This document shows positions 20,958 to 29,757 of a stretch of 64,000 bases of DNA, in pieces; position 1 is the first letter of the stretch, and each line of letters opens with the position of its first letter. The position numbers and the translations under genes were made by a program. Source of the stretch: Sedimentisphaerales bacterium (GTDB taxonomy: Bacteria; Planctomycetota; Phycisphaerae; Sedimentisphaerales; Anaerobacaceae); the NCBI GenBank assembly GCA_963708075.1, contig OY970194.1, positions 3,136,001 to 3,200,000 of the forward strand, given 5' to 3'. The notes under the pieces were generated by a model. It was given only the letters and a program-made list of their open reading frames with translations. It made no database searches and had not been told where the DNA came from.

Positions 20958-21854
20958 TCAATAGCGCGATACCCTCTCACGCTCTTGTGACGTGCCATGC
21001 GCCTTGGCGGCGCCGGGGCCCCATTTGGCAAATTTGTTCGGGACGATTTCCCTGGCGCAGCACAGGCCGTACGCCTGCGTCAGCTCCGCGCCAAGGAAGA
21101 TGATGATGGCGGAGTAGAAGATCCAGAGCAGCAGGATGGCCAGAGCGCCGGCGGCCCCATAGACCGATCCCGGCGCCGCGTGCGTGAAATACATGCTGAT
21201 CGCGTAGCCGCCGAGCAGGAACAGGATCGCCGTGATCAACGCACCCGCCAGAGTGGTCTCCCAATTGATCCGAATGTCGGGCAGGACCTTGAACATGATC
21301 ACGAAGATGGCCGTGTACACCACAAGGTTGGTCAGGAGATTGGCTGCAAACAACAATTGGCTGCGGCCGGACAACAGTACTGCGACAACCGAGCTGATCA
21401 CAACCGAGCCGACGAGCACGATCCCCATCCCGATGACCATCAGCAATGACAGGAAACGCTTGTAGAGCCAATCGATCACATAGCCTTGCTTGGTGCGCAC
21501 GTCGAAAATGAGATTCAAGGAATACTGCAGCCTCGCAAAGACGAGCGTCGCGCCTAGAATGGCGCCGCCAATTCCGATAACAGCGGAGACTGTCGCCTCC
21601 AACTGCCTGGCCTGGGCGTGCTCCAGGAGCATGTTGACGCCCTCGGCGGCCTCGGGGCCGACCAGCAATGTGACCTGCCCGGTGATCCCTTCCCGCATCG
21701 AGTCACTCATGAACCCCAGAGCGGTCGTCAGCAACACGAGCAAGGGGCTCACCGACAACATCGCGTAGAACGCCAGGGCCGCTGCGAGCGTGAACACATC
21801 GTCGTCGATGAAGCCCCAGAACGCGCGCTTCACAACTTTCCAGACCGTCCTCAC
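20958..21854 (-). CDS. YihY/virulence factor BrkB family membrane protein
   Basis: AAALAFYAMLS, FKVLPD, YGAAGALAILLLWIFYSA...FLGAE. Confidence 0.93.
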   Translation of the reverse strand: MRTVWKVVKRAFWGFIDDDVFTLAAALAFYAMLSVSPLLVLLTTALGFMSDSMREGITGQVTLLVGPEAAEGVNMLLEHAQARQLEATVSAVIGIGGAILGATLVFARLQYSLNLIFDVRTKQGYVIDWLYKRFLSLLMVIGMGIVLVGSVVISSVVAVLLSGRSQLLFAANLLTNLVVYTAIFVIMFKVLPDIRINWETTLAGALITAILFLLGGYAISMYFTHAAPGSVYGAAGALAILLLWIFYSAIIIFLGAELTQAYGLCCAREIVPNKFAKWGPGAAKAHGTSQERERVSRY

Positions 21855-21938
21855 GCGTATGGTCCTGCCTCATACGAGGCTTGATCGGCAAGTCACATGT
21901 ACATCCCGTCACGTCGCCGTACAGTCGCGAAACCACCA

Positions 21939-23679
21939 CTACGTGTACGTCGAGAGGATACCGCCGATAACCGCGGCAGTCGCCGAGGCAAGAGCCGACC
22001 CGAACGTCCACCATGCCGCGTTGCGAGCCGCCTTGCGAGTCTCTTCGGCCTCGCGAAGCGCACGATCCTTGGCGTCCTCGATCCGGTGCTGCACTTCCTC
22101 TTTCATACGCTCGTACTTGGCAATGGTCTCGTCGCGCGCCCGCTCCATCTGGGACACGATATGCTCGGCATCTTCCTCGGATACATCTCTCCGCGATGAG
22201 ATAACCGCCTTGAGCGTATCGCGATCCATGGCTCGCAGCCGCCGGATCAGCGCGTCAGCGCCGGCCTTGGGGTCGTGGAAGAGCACATGTATGTCGTGCT
22301 TGATGCCCTCGTACCGCAGTTCCGGCCGGCCCATGGAGTTCAGGTAGTCGCTGATCTTTGCCTGGATGCCGCGCCGTCGCGCCTCGACTTCGCCGGCAAC
22401 TTCGCCGGCAGCCTCCTCTGTCCTGCCGCGGATCCTGTCGATCACGCTCATGACCCGGTCGGTCGCCTTCCTGGCCTCGTCCTCGCTCATGTCCTGTCGC
22501 TGTGCGAGAATCGCCTCCAGGGTGGTCCGATCGAAGTGGGACAGCCGTTCCCGCATTGCACTGAGAACCTTCCCGCGGATGCGAGAACAGCGTCTCCAGG
22601 TCTCGCTTGATGCCTTCGGGCTCCAACTCATCTTTGTGCGTGCGCCGCAGGTAGTCCTCGATCTTCTCGCGGGCGGATCGCGCCTCCTCCTCGGATCTGC
22701 CGGCCACTCGCATGGCGGCGTCGCTGAACTTGGAGAACTTGTCTTTGTCCGATTTGTACTCTTCCCGGATTTTGGAGATGGCGCTTCGGACGTTCGTGGC
22801 CACTGTATGAGCCTTTTCTCGCGTCATGCCTGCCTTGGTTTCGAGCGTCGCCGTCAGCACGTCCACGTCGGCGAGATCCCCTTCACCGTGTTCGACGAGA
22901 GCCCGGACCTCCGTCTCGTCCAGCATATCCCGCAGGGCATCCTTGATTTCCTCGGCCGTGGCCGGTCGGAGTTGCCGCACATACCTATCCACCTGCTTGC
23001 GAATCCGATCCGTGTCCACGTCGCCGAACAGCTCATCCCGCACCGCCGCCGTGACCCGCTCGGCCGTGTCCACGATACGATCCTCCTCGGATTTGCCGAA
23101 GATGGAGCTGGTTGCCTTGTAGGCCGACCGCAGGCCTTCCGCGGCCGTGTGGGTCAGCGAGCCCACCAGCGACGTCAATGCGGTGACCTCGATGGCAGTC
23201 ATGATGATGTAGAACAAGGCCCAGATCGACAGTCCCAGGATGAATCCTGTGAACGCACTGGGCGAGTGACTCAGCTCCACGGCCAGCCAGCTCGCGAAGA
23301 ACAGGGAGACAGTCGCCGTGACGACAGCCCAGATCCCAAACATGTTGCTGGTCTTGCGGACGGTGCGCATGACCGCCCCCTCGCCTTCTTCACTTACTTT
23401 CGTCGGCTTGGCCTCTCGCTTTGCGTAGCGATCGAACGGCCCCACGGAACTGATCCCTGCCGCCACGGACAGGTGGGTCAGAATCAGCTCGAACGAGATG
23501 GCGAGAATCACGCCGACAACGATGGCCAGGATAAAATACCAGGGCGATGGGCCGACAACGGCTTCCGCCGTACGGACGATCGGATACCCCTCGTCGACCA
23601 CCACCTCCTGCGCCAGGGCAGCGACTCCCGTCAGTAACACAAGACTGACTACGGCTAATCTAATTCTTCGGATAAGCAT
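21939..23679 (-). CDS. Large membrane-anchored helical-repeat protein; frameshift near 22565
   Basis: N-terminal TM bundle, two copies of a ~85-aa repeat, C-terminal TM (AAWWTFGSALASATAAVIGG) in ORF 21939-22631. Confidence 0.8.
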
Positions 23680-24057
23680 CTGTCTCTCCTTTCCAGCTAC
23701 ATTCCTCTCATCTTTGGCGCCTTCTCACACGGCGGAAAAATGAGCCTGTGGGCGTCGTCAACAGCAATCTCAGTATAGAATATGGGCCTTTTGCAAGGCC
23801 CGCCGCTAAGCGAATACCTTGATTCAAAGGAAGGATTTTGCTTCGGCTTGCCGCTGCCACCCGGAGATACGGGATTCCCACTCGTAATCCGTATCAGAGC
23901 TTGTTGAATCCGGGGACCACTCGCCAGCAGGGGTTCTTCAGATGTGTCTCGATTCTGCATGCACCGGCATCACGGGAAGACTTCCTGTCAGAGCGAATGT
24001 AAAGATCCAATAGCCCGTGAACCGCCCTCCGCGGCGACAGGATGTGCGATGTCCGGC

Positions 24058-24330
24058 TTATGCCTCTCGCTTGCGCATGAGGTATGCAGCGAAGATTTCC
24101 GCGGATGCGCAGGGCTCGCAACCCAAATAGCTGCGCACTTGCGACGGATCCACCCTGTACGTCTCAAGCAGGGGCTTGCCGCCCTCGTCGGCGTCGAGCA
24201 CTAGCTGGGCAATGAATCCCTGGAAGCATTCACACGATCTGCATTCCGGTCGCGACGACGCCTGCTGCAACTGCGCAAGAAGGCCCGCCACCTCCTCTTT
24301 CGATAGTTTTTCCTGGCTGTCACCAGCCAT
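24058..24330 (-). CDS. Small Cys-motif protein (CxxCEC...GCEPC)
   Basis: GGGAG SD upstream of MAGDSQ; 90 aa with clustered cysteines. Confidence 0.65.
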   Translation of the reverse strand: MAGDSQEKLSKEEVAGLLAQLQQASSRPECRSCECFQGFIAQLVLDADEGGKPLLETYRVDPSQVRSYLGCEPCASAEIFAAYLMRKREA

Positions 24331-24592
24331 GTGTCGACTCCCAACCGAGTTATCTCTCGCGATCCGCCCCTCCGAGCCTGAGAAATCGCAGAGGAAGTCC
24401 TCTGGTAGCACAACGATCCGCGTGTGCTCCTTCGATTCGGCCCCCGATCCTGGCGTTATCATCCCAGGCTGAAAGCAGCATGCGGCTCTCTCAGCTTTCG
24501 TCCTCCACCAGGCGCGTAGTAGTATACCGCTGCGCCGGGCTGATTGTCAAGAGAATTCCCCGGCCCCCCTGTCATGTGTCATGGATCATCTG

Positions 24593-25006
24593 TCACCGCT
24601 TGCTCATGGCATCCAGAATCTCGCGTCTGTTGTCCTCAAGGGCGAGTCCGTCCAATCGATCCAGGAGGGCGCTCTTGGCCTCGGGGCGGAAGCATCGGTT
24701 GCGCACGAGGGTCAAGAGCACATCCAGTTTCGCATCCTCCAGGGACAGGTGCTCGAATACCGCCTCGACCAGGTGCACCTGAGCCTCTGTGGACAAGTTA
24801 CGCCGGCGGGCGATCCGCCCGTACGCCTCGCGGCGATTGTCATCGAGAGAGAGCTTCCCAACAGCATCGATCTCGCGAATCGTCACGTCCGCCGGCTCCA
24901 CCACATCCGACCGCCAGGATTCCGCCTTCTCCGTGTCGATGACGATGCACCCACTCAGCCAGGTCATCGTGAGAACCAATCCTGCAATCAACAGCCGCTT
25001 TTTCAT
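24593..25006 (-). CDS. Hypothetical lipoprotein
   Basis: MKKRLLIAGLVLTMTWLSGC lipobox; AAGGGG SD. Confidence 0.8.
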   Translation of the reverse strand: MKKRLLIAGLVLTMTWLSGCIVIDTEKAESWRSDVVEPADVTIREIDAVGKLSLDDNRREAYGRIARRRNLSTEAQVHLVEAVFEHLSLEDAKLDVLLTLVRNRCFRPEAKSALLDRLDGLALEDNRREILDAMSKR

Positions 25007-25293
25007 AGTTTCCCCTTCTAAAGAATGTTCTCTGCCGTGAATCCGCTTTGCCCGGGGATAGAACGTCATCCCGCGGGCACAACGGTACCATTTCGCCTTG
25101 CGGGTCGCAACCCCTCACTGGGGTGCGGCTCATTATCCATCCCTATAGATAAGGCGACAGAACTGTCCATGGTAACGCGGATACCGAGCGGAACAGAAAT
25201 GCCGTGCAGACGTACGTCCGTGCAAGTACAATGGGTACCCGCAAACGCAACTTGAAAAGGGGCTGTATGAGAGACAATGAAATGAGGTGAGCC

Positions 25294-25815
25294 ATGAAGA
25301 CGAGACTGGGGGCATTGCTCTTCTGCGTGCTGCTTGTGTTCGGTTGTGAGATGAAGCAAGGGACTTCTGCGAAGCTTGGGGATCCGGCCCCGCCGTTGAC
25401 GGGCCTGGAGTGGGTGAAGAACGGACCCGTCGAGATGAAGCCGGGCACCGTCTATGTCGTCGAGTTTTGGGCGACCTGGTGCCCGCCGTGCAAGGTGAGC
25501 ATCCCGCACCTGACCGAGCTCCAGCACAAGTACAAAGACAAGAACGTGGTCATCGTCGGCATCTCGACGGAGAAGATGGATAAAGTGAAGCCTTTCGTGG
25601 AGCAGAGGGGAAGTGAGATGGAGTACGCCGTGGCGGTGGACTCCGAGCAAACCGTATCCGCGGGGTACATGGATGCATTCGGCCGTAATACAATCCCCTC
25701 GGCATTCGTCGTCGATGCCAACGGGAAAATCGTGTGGGTCGGCCATCCGATGGCTGATATGGATGCGGTCCTGGAGCGGACTCTGGCCGGGGCACCTCCT
25801 GCCCAGGGCGGCTGA
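25294..25815 (+). CDS. TlpA-family thiol-disulfide oxidoreductase (lipoprotein)
   Basis: VVEFWATWCPPC; lipobox VFGC; GAGGTG SD. Confidence 0.92.
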   Translation: MKTRLGALLFCVLLVFGCEMKQGTSAKLGDPAPPLTGLEWVKNGPVEMKPGTVYVVEFWATWCPPCKVSIPHLTELQHKYKDKNVVIVGISTEKMDKVKPFVEQRGSEMEYAVAVDSEQTVSAGYMDAFGRNTIPSAFVVDANGKIVWVGHPMADMDAVLERTLAGAPPAQGG

Positions 25816-25834
25816 CATCGCATGTGGAGATAAG

Positions 25835-26459
25835 ATGGAACCTAACTGGCTCAGGTGGGCAAAGCAGCTCGCCGCACTGGCCCAAAACGGGCTGACCTAC
25901 TCCGACAACGAGTACGAGATCGACCGGTACAAGCAAATTCGACAAATCGCGGCGGAAATGATGTCCACCGGCTTCGATTGCGAAACCAAAGCGTTCATCG
26001 ATCTGTTCTCCCAGGAACGCGGTTACGCCACGCCCAAGGTGGACGTACGGGGGGCGGTCTTCCGCGACGACAAGATCCTGCTGGTCCGGGAGAAGATCGA
26101 CGACGGATGGACGCTTCCCGGCGGCTGGGCCGACCCGTCTCAGTCCCCATCAGAGGCCGCGGCCCGCGAGGTCTTCGAGGAGGCCGGCTTCCAAGTCCGC
26201 GTCACCAAGCTGGCGGCCGTGTACGACCGCAGCAAGCACCCGCACCAGCCGCCCATGCCCTTCCACCTCTACAAGCTGTTCTTCCTCTGCGAGATCACCG
26301 GCGGCACCGCCACAGAGAGCTACGAGAACCACCGGCGTCGATTTCTTCACAGAAGACAGCATCCCGCAGGACTTGTCCATCTCGCGCACCTTGCCTTTCC
26401 AGATCGCCCGCATGTTCGAGCACTACCGCAACCCCGCCCTGCCGACAGATTTCGACTGA
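25835..26459 (+). CDS. NUDIX hydrolase with Nudix_N domain; +1 frameshift near 26327
   Basis: MEPNWLRWAKQLAALAQNGLTY, GYATPKVDVRG, LPGGWAD...REVFEEAG; C-terminus ...PALPTDFD* in the other frame. Confidence 0.9.
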
Positions 26460-26522
26460 GCACAAGTAGTCCCGGATGCGGGATCAGCAGCCAGTACCCC
26501 AATTCAGGTGAGCGAAGACTCA

Positions 26523-26729
26523 CTACGTGGGCGATGGGGCAACTTGATATTCGATCCGAGTTGGCAGTTCGACCCGGCGCGAAGCATCCAAGATCTCCAC
26601 CGATATGAGATTACCCAAAGCATCGAAGTCCAGAATCACACCGGGTTTCGCTTCATCGCTCTCAACAACGGGCGCGTCAGAGAAAACAACTGTCAGCGTA
26701 TCTGTCTCGCGGTCATATGTCACTTTCAT
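26523..26729 (-). CDS. DUF2283 family protein (putative antitoxin)
   Basis: MKVTYDRETDTL...GVILDFD..GNLISVEILDAS. Confidence 0.9.
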   Translation of the reverse strand: MKVTYDRETDTLTVVFSDAPVVESDEAKPGVILDFDALGNLISVEILDASRRVELPTRIEYQVAPSPT

Positions 26730-27013
26730 TGGTCAGCTCTCCAGTACTTCGCCACATTGCTCGTACGATACACCGTCACCACGACCGGAGGATCGCGGTC
26801 GATGTCCACGAAAACGCGCAACAAGTAGGTTTTGGGCCGGTCCCCGGACTCGCTCCGCGACTGGAGAACCTCGCGTCCTTCTCGGACTATCTCCCATTGC
26901 TCCGGTGCCGCCAGCACTCTTGCCACGTCTTCTTCGCCAACTTGGCGGCGGCGCATTTCGTCTATCGCGTGGTCGCTCAAGCGGTATCGGACGATTTGCT
27001 TCTTGCTTGCCAT
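26726..27013 (-). CDS. DUF4258 family protein (putative RelE-like toxin)
   Basis: LSDHAIDEMRRRQV...LLRVFV...VVVTVY; 4-bp ATGA overlap with the DUF2283 gene. Confidence 0.88.
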   Translation of the reverse strand: MASKKQIVRYRLSDHAIDEMRRRQVGEEDVARVLAAPEQWEIVREGREVLQSRSESGDRPKTYLLRVFVDIDRDPPVVVTVYRTSNVAKYWRADQ

Positions 27014-27204
27014 ATGGTGTGCAATTGTACACTGATATCATCTGAGACTCCAAGCGGAATATCGGTGCAACAATCCGCATGCCGTCCCAACAGTGCGGCC
27101 TGCCCTATTGACAGACCCGCCTGTGTAGGTTCTCCTGCTGAACTTTGGACTCAAGGCTTGCCCTTGCGAAAGCGGGGGGTGGTGCGCCAGTTCGGTAATC
27201 TTGA

Positions 27205-28107
27205 ATGATCCAGGCAGTCTTCACCGCAGTTCTGTGGGCCATGTCCGCCGTCAGCGCAGGGCGCAGCACGCGTATGCTCGGCGCGGGCACAGCCAATCTG
27301 AGCCGGCTGACGCTGGCCACGATCATGCTGGCCCTGTGGGCACACCTCTTCGGCCAGGGGTTCGGGGGCGCCGGCCTGCCCTGGTTGTTTCTTAGCGGCA
27401 TCGTCGGCTTCGGCCTGGGCGACCTCGCGTTGTATGGAGCCTATTACCGCCTCGGCCCGCGATTGGGAGTAATGCTGTGCCTGTGTCTGGCCGCTCCGCT
27501 GGGGGCATTCATGGAGTGGATATGGCTGGGCACGCGATTGACTCTCTACCAGATGGCGTGGAGCGCCACGATCCTGACGGGTGTCTTCGCAGCCCTGGCG
27601 CCGGACAGCCGTGTCGCTATGGGCGCACGCACATGGGCCACCGGGATCATAATGGGCGCGCTCGCGGCCGTGGGACAAGGCAGTGGGGCAGTGCTCACGC
27701 GGAAAGCCTTTGACGTGGCCGGGCATGCGGGTCAGCATATCGACGGCGGCACAGCCGCGTACCAGCGAATCCTGGGCGGCCTGCTCCTCACGGCCATAGT
27801 CCTGTTCATCCATCGCTGGCGCAGGCAGCCGGACCCGCCGGATACGAATGCCGCTGCAGATCATCCCTGGAGACGTGCGTGGCCATGGGTCATCGCCAAC
27901 GCCCTGTGCGGCCCGGCCCTTGGTGTCGCCTGCTATCAATGGGCCCTGGCCATCGCCCCCACCGGCGTCGTATTAGCCATTGTGGCCACAACCCCGCTGG
28001 CCGTGATCCCCTTCACCATGTTCCTCGACGGCGAACGCCCCACCGTACGCTCCCTCGCAGGCGGAGCCATCGCCGTCTTAGGCGCAGCCGCCCTGGCGTA
28101 CAAGTAG
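27205..28107 (+). CDS. DMT/EamA family transporter
   Basis: About 10 TM helices in two EamA-like repeats (LSGIVGFGLGD; DGERPT). Confidence 0.88.
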   Translation: MIQAVFTAVLWAMSAVSAGRSTRMLGAGTANLSRLTLATIMLALWAHLFGQGFGGAGLPWLFLSGIVGFGLGDLALYGAYYRLGPRLGVMLCLCLAAPLGAFMEWIWLGTRLTLYQMAWSATILTGVFAALAPDSRVAMGARTWATGIIMGALAAVGQGSGAVLTRKAFDVAGHAGQHIDGGTAAYQRILGGLLLTAIVLFIHRWRRQPDPPDTNAAADHPWRRAWPWVIANALCGPALGVACYQWALAIAPTGVVLAIVATTPLAVIPFTMFLDGERPTVRSLAGGAIAVLGAAALAYK

Positions 28108-28125
28108 AACATACCCGGCGCACGC

Positions 28126-28500
28126 TCAGAGCATGTACCCCTGGTCCAGCCAATAGTGCCAATCTGCGATAGCTTCCTTGGTATCCTTGTCCACCTTAGC
28201 CGCGGGTTTCAACTGCGCAAGGGGAACCGCAAGCCTTCGGTCTTCCCACGGTATCTCAACAAACATCTCGTGTTCGCATTCTTCTTCGGGAGCCATGCCC
28301 ACGACTTCAGTTTTCTCGCCCGCGCGTAGCGGCGAAACCGCCCTCTCGGCGATACACTTCGCAGGAAATGGGAACTGCAATTTGTCCTCAAGATAGTAGT
28401 ACCACCCCATCGCCTGCTCTTCCGGGCCATACGCGTCCACGATGATCTCGTCAGTGATGCGGTGCTCACGCTTGGCGTTCTTCTTGTTGGCTTCCGCCAT
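28126..28500 (-). CDS. Calcium-binding CcbP-like protein
   Basis: EIIVDAYGPEEQAMGWYYYLEDKLQFPF...LAVPLAQL...AIADWHYW. Confidence 0.8.
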   Translation of the reverse strand: MAEANKKNAKREHRITDEIIVDAYGPEEQAMGWYYYLEDKLQFPFPAKCIAERAVSPLRAGEKTEVVGMAPEEECEHEMFVEIPWEDRRLAVPLAQLKPAAKVDKDTKEAIADWHYWLDQGYML

Positions 28501-28623
28501 ACCACTTATCCTTATCCGATATTATCTTTTTACAGAGCTTCCTTCGTCAGATACGTTCGCCATGGACTCCATGCCACTTTGAATCAATCAGTGCTTCAAC
28601 GGGTCGGCTGGGCCATCTCGTTG

Positions 28624-29361
28624 TTAGGTGCCTCCTGTTTCAAAATCATTTGCTATCGTGAATATGGATGAAACAGCGCCTTTTGCCGTGGCCTTTGAGA
28701 TAGTGTGCCTCGGACAACTCTCCCCTTGCAGATGAACAATATTACGAAATTGCCGAACGGAGTCAGCGAGTCTATGGATTGCCCCCTTAAGAAGTCTGTT
28801 TCTCTCACAGGCTCGTATGTACGAGTCCAATGTGTCCCCCGCCTGAGCGACCTTTCTGTGTTCAAGGTAAAGCCGAAGCAGTTCCTCGATAACTCCCCCG
28901 GCCAAGACAACTGCCGGCTTGCTGAATCCAGCGTGTGCAAGTATGAATGCGTGCTCGACATCCCGGAATATCACCTTTCTCTTGAAGCCATCTTTCACGA
29001 AGTTGATTCTCTTTCCGAAAGTCATTTTCGAGACACCATATTCCTTCCTTATCTCCAGCCATGTGTCAACTATGTAGGTCATGTCCAGTGTCTCGTCTAC
29101 TGGTCTTCCGTCTTGTCTTGCCGCGTCCATTTGACTGTCCCTCATTCGAGTCCTGAGTTCATCCAGATACTCCCTGCCAGCTAACGTAATCTCCGGGTCC
29201 AAGTATGCCACCCCCTCGCAGGATGAAGCGTCCGTTGCATCGAGGTAACCTGCATTCACCAGTTGCTTGATTATGGCGACTGGCAGATCAGAAGTCGCAT
29301 CGATTCTATCTGGTAGTTTACCTTGGGCCGCCATCTCTAAGATCATCTTGTACTGTCTCAT
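28624..29361 (-). CDS. Hypothetical protein: N-terminal winged-helix-like domain plus C-terminal DUF4145/HEPN-like domain
   Basis: ITLAGREYL wHTH tail; AVVLAGGVIEELL and RQFRNIVH; visibly AT-richer than the flanks. Confidence 0.7.
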   Translation of the reverse strand: MRQYKMILEMAAQGKLPDRIDATSDLPVAIIKQLVNAGYLDATDASSCEGVAYLDPEITLAGREYLDELRTRMRDSQMDAARQDGRPVDETLDMTYIVDTWLEIRKEYGVSKMTFGKRINFVKDGFKRKVIFRDVEHAFILAHAGFSKPAVVLAGGVIEELLRLYLEHRKVAQAGDTLDSYIRACERNRLLKGAIHRLADSVRQFRNIVHLQGESCPRHTISKATAKGAVSSIFTIANDFETGGT

Positions 29362-29504
29362 ATTGCTATTGTCTCCATGAAGATCGGCAGGACAACGCCC
29401 GGTCGAGAGAGATTAACATTCTCGTTGAGATAATCCGCTTTCGCGAGCGAGAAGTCAACGTCTTGCATCCTGCTGCAAACTAGAAGAGCGACGTCTCGCG
29501 TGGT

Positions 29505-29726
29505 TCATGGTCTATCTGCCTGGGCATCTATTGTGACGATGCGCCTTCTCCAAGAGAAGTACCAGATGGCGCCGACCACGCTGCCGGTGATGAGGACGAG
29601 GAACCATGTGAGCTTGTGCGTGCGGCTCTCAAAGTCCCTGCCGTCCCGCATGAGCAGGTCAACTACCTGGATCAGCCAGAAGATAATGGCCACAAAGGCC
29701 ACCAAGTAGAATATTGATGCGGCCAT
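29505..29726 (-). CDS. Small membrane protein, PLDc_N-like
   Basis: Two TM helices; KLTWFLVLI...VGAIWY. Confidence 0.7.
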   Translation of the reverse strand: MAASIFYLVAFVAIIFWLIQVVDLLMRDGRDFESRTHKLTWFLVLITGSVVGAIWYFSWRRRIVTIDAQADRP

Positions 29727-29757
29727 AGTCTGTGCTCCCTGCGTATATCGAACGCGA

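Noticed and set aside
26460..29500. Intact integron or prophage
   Set aside because: No integrase, complete attC sites or phage genes in the window.
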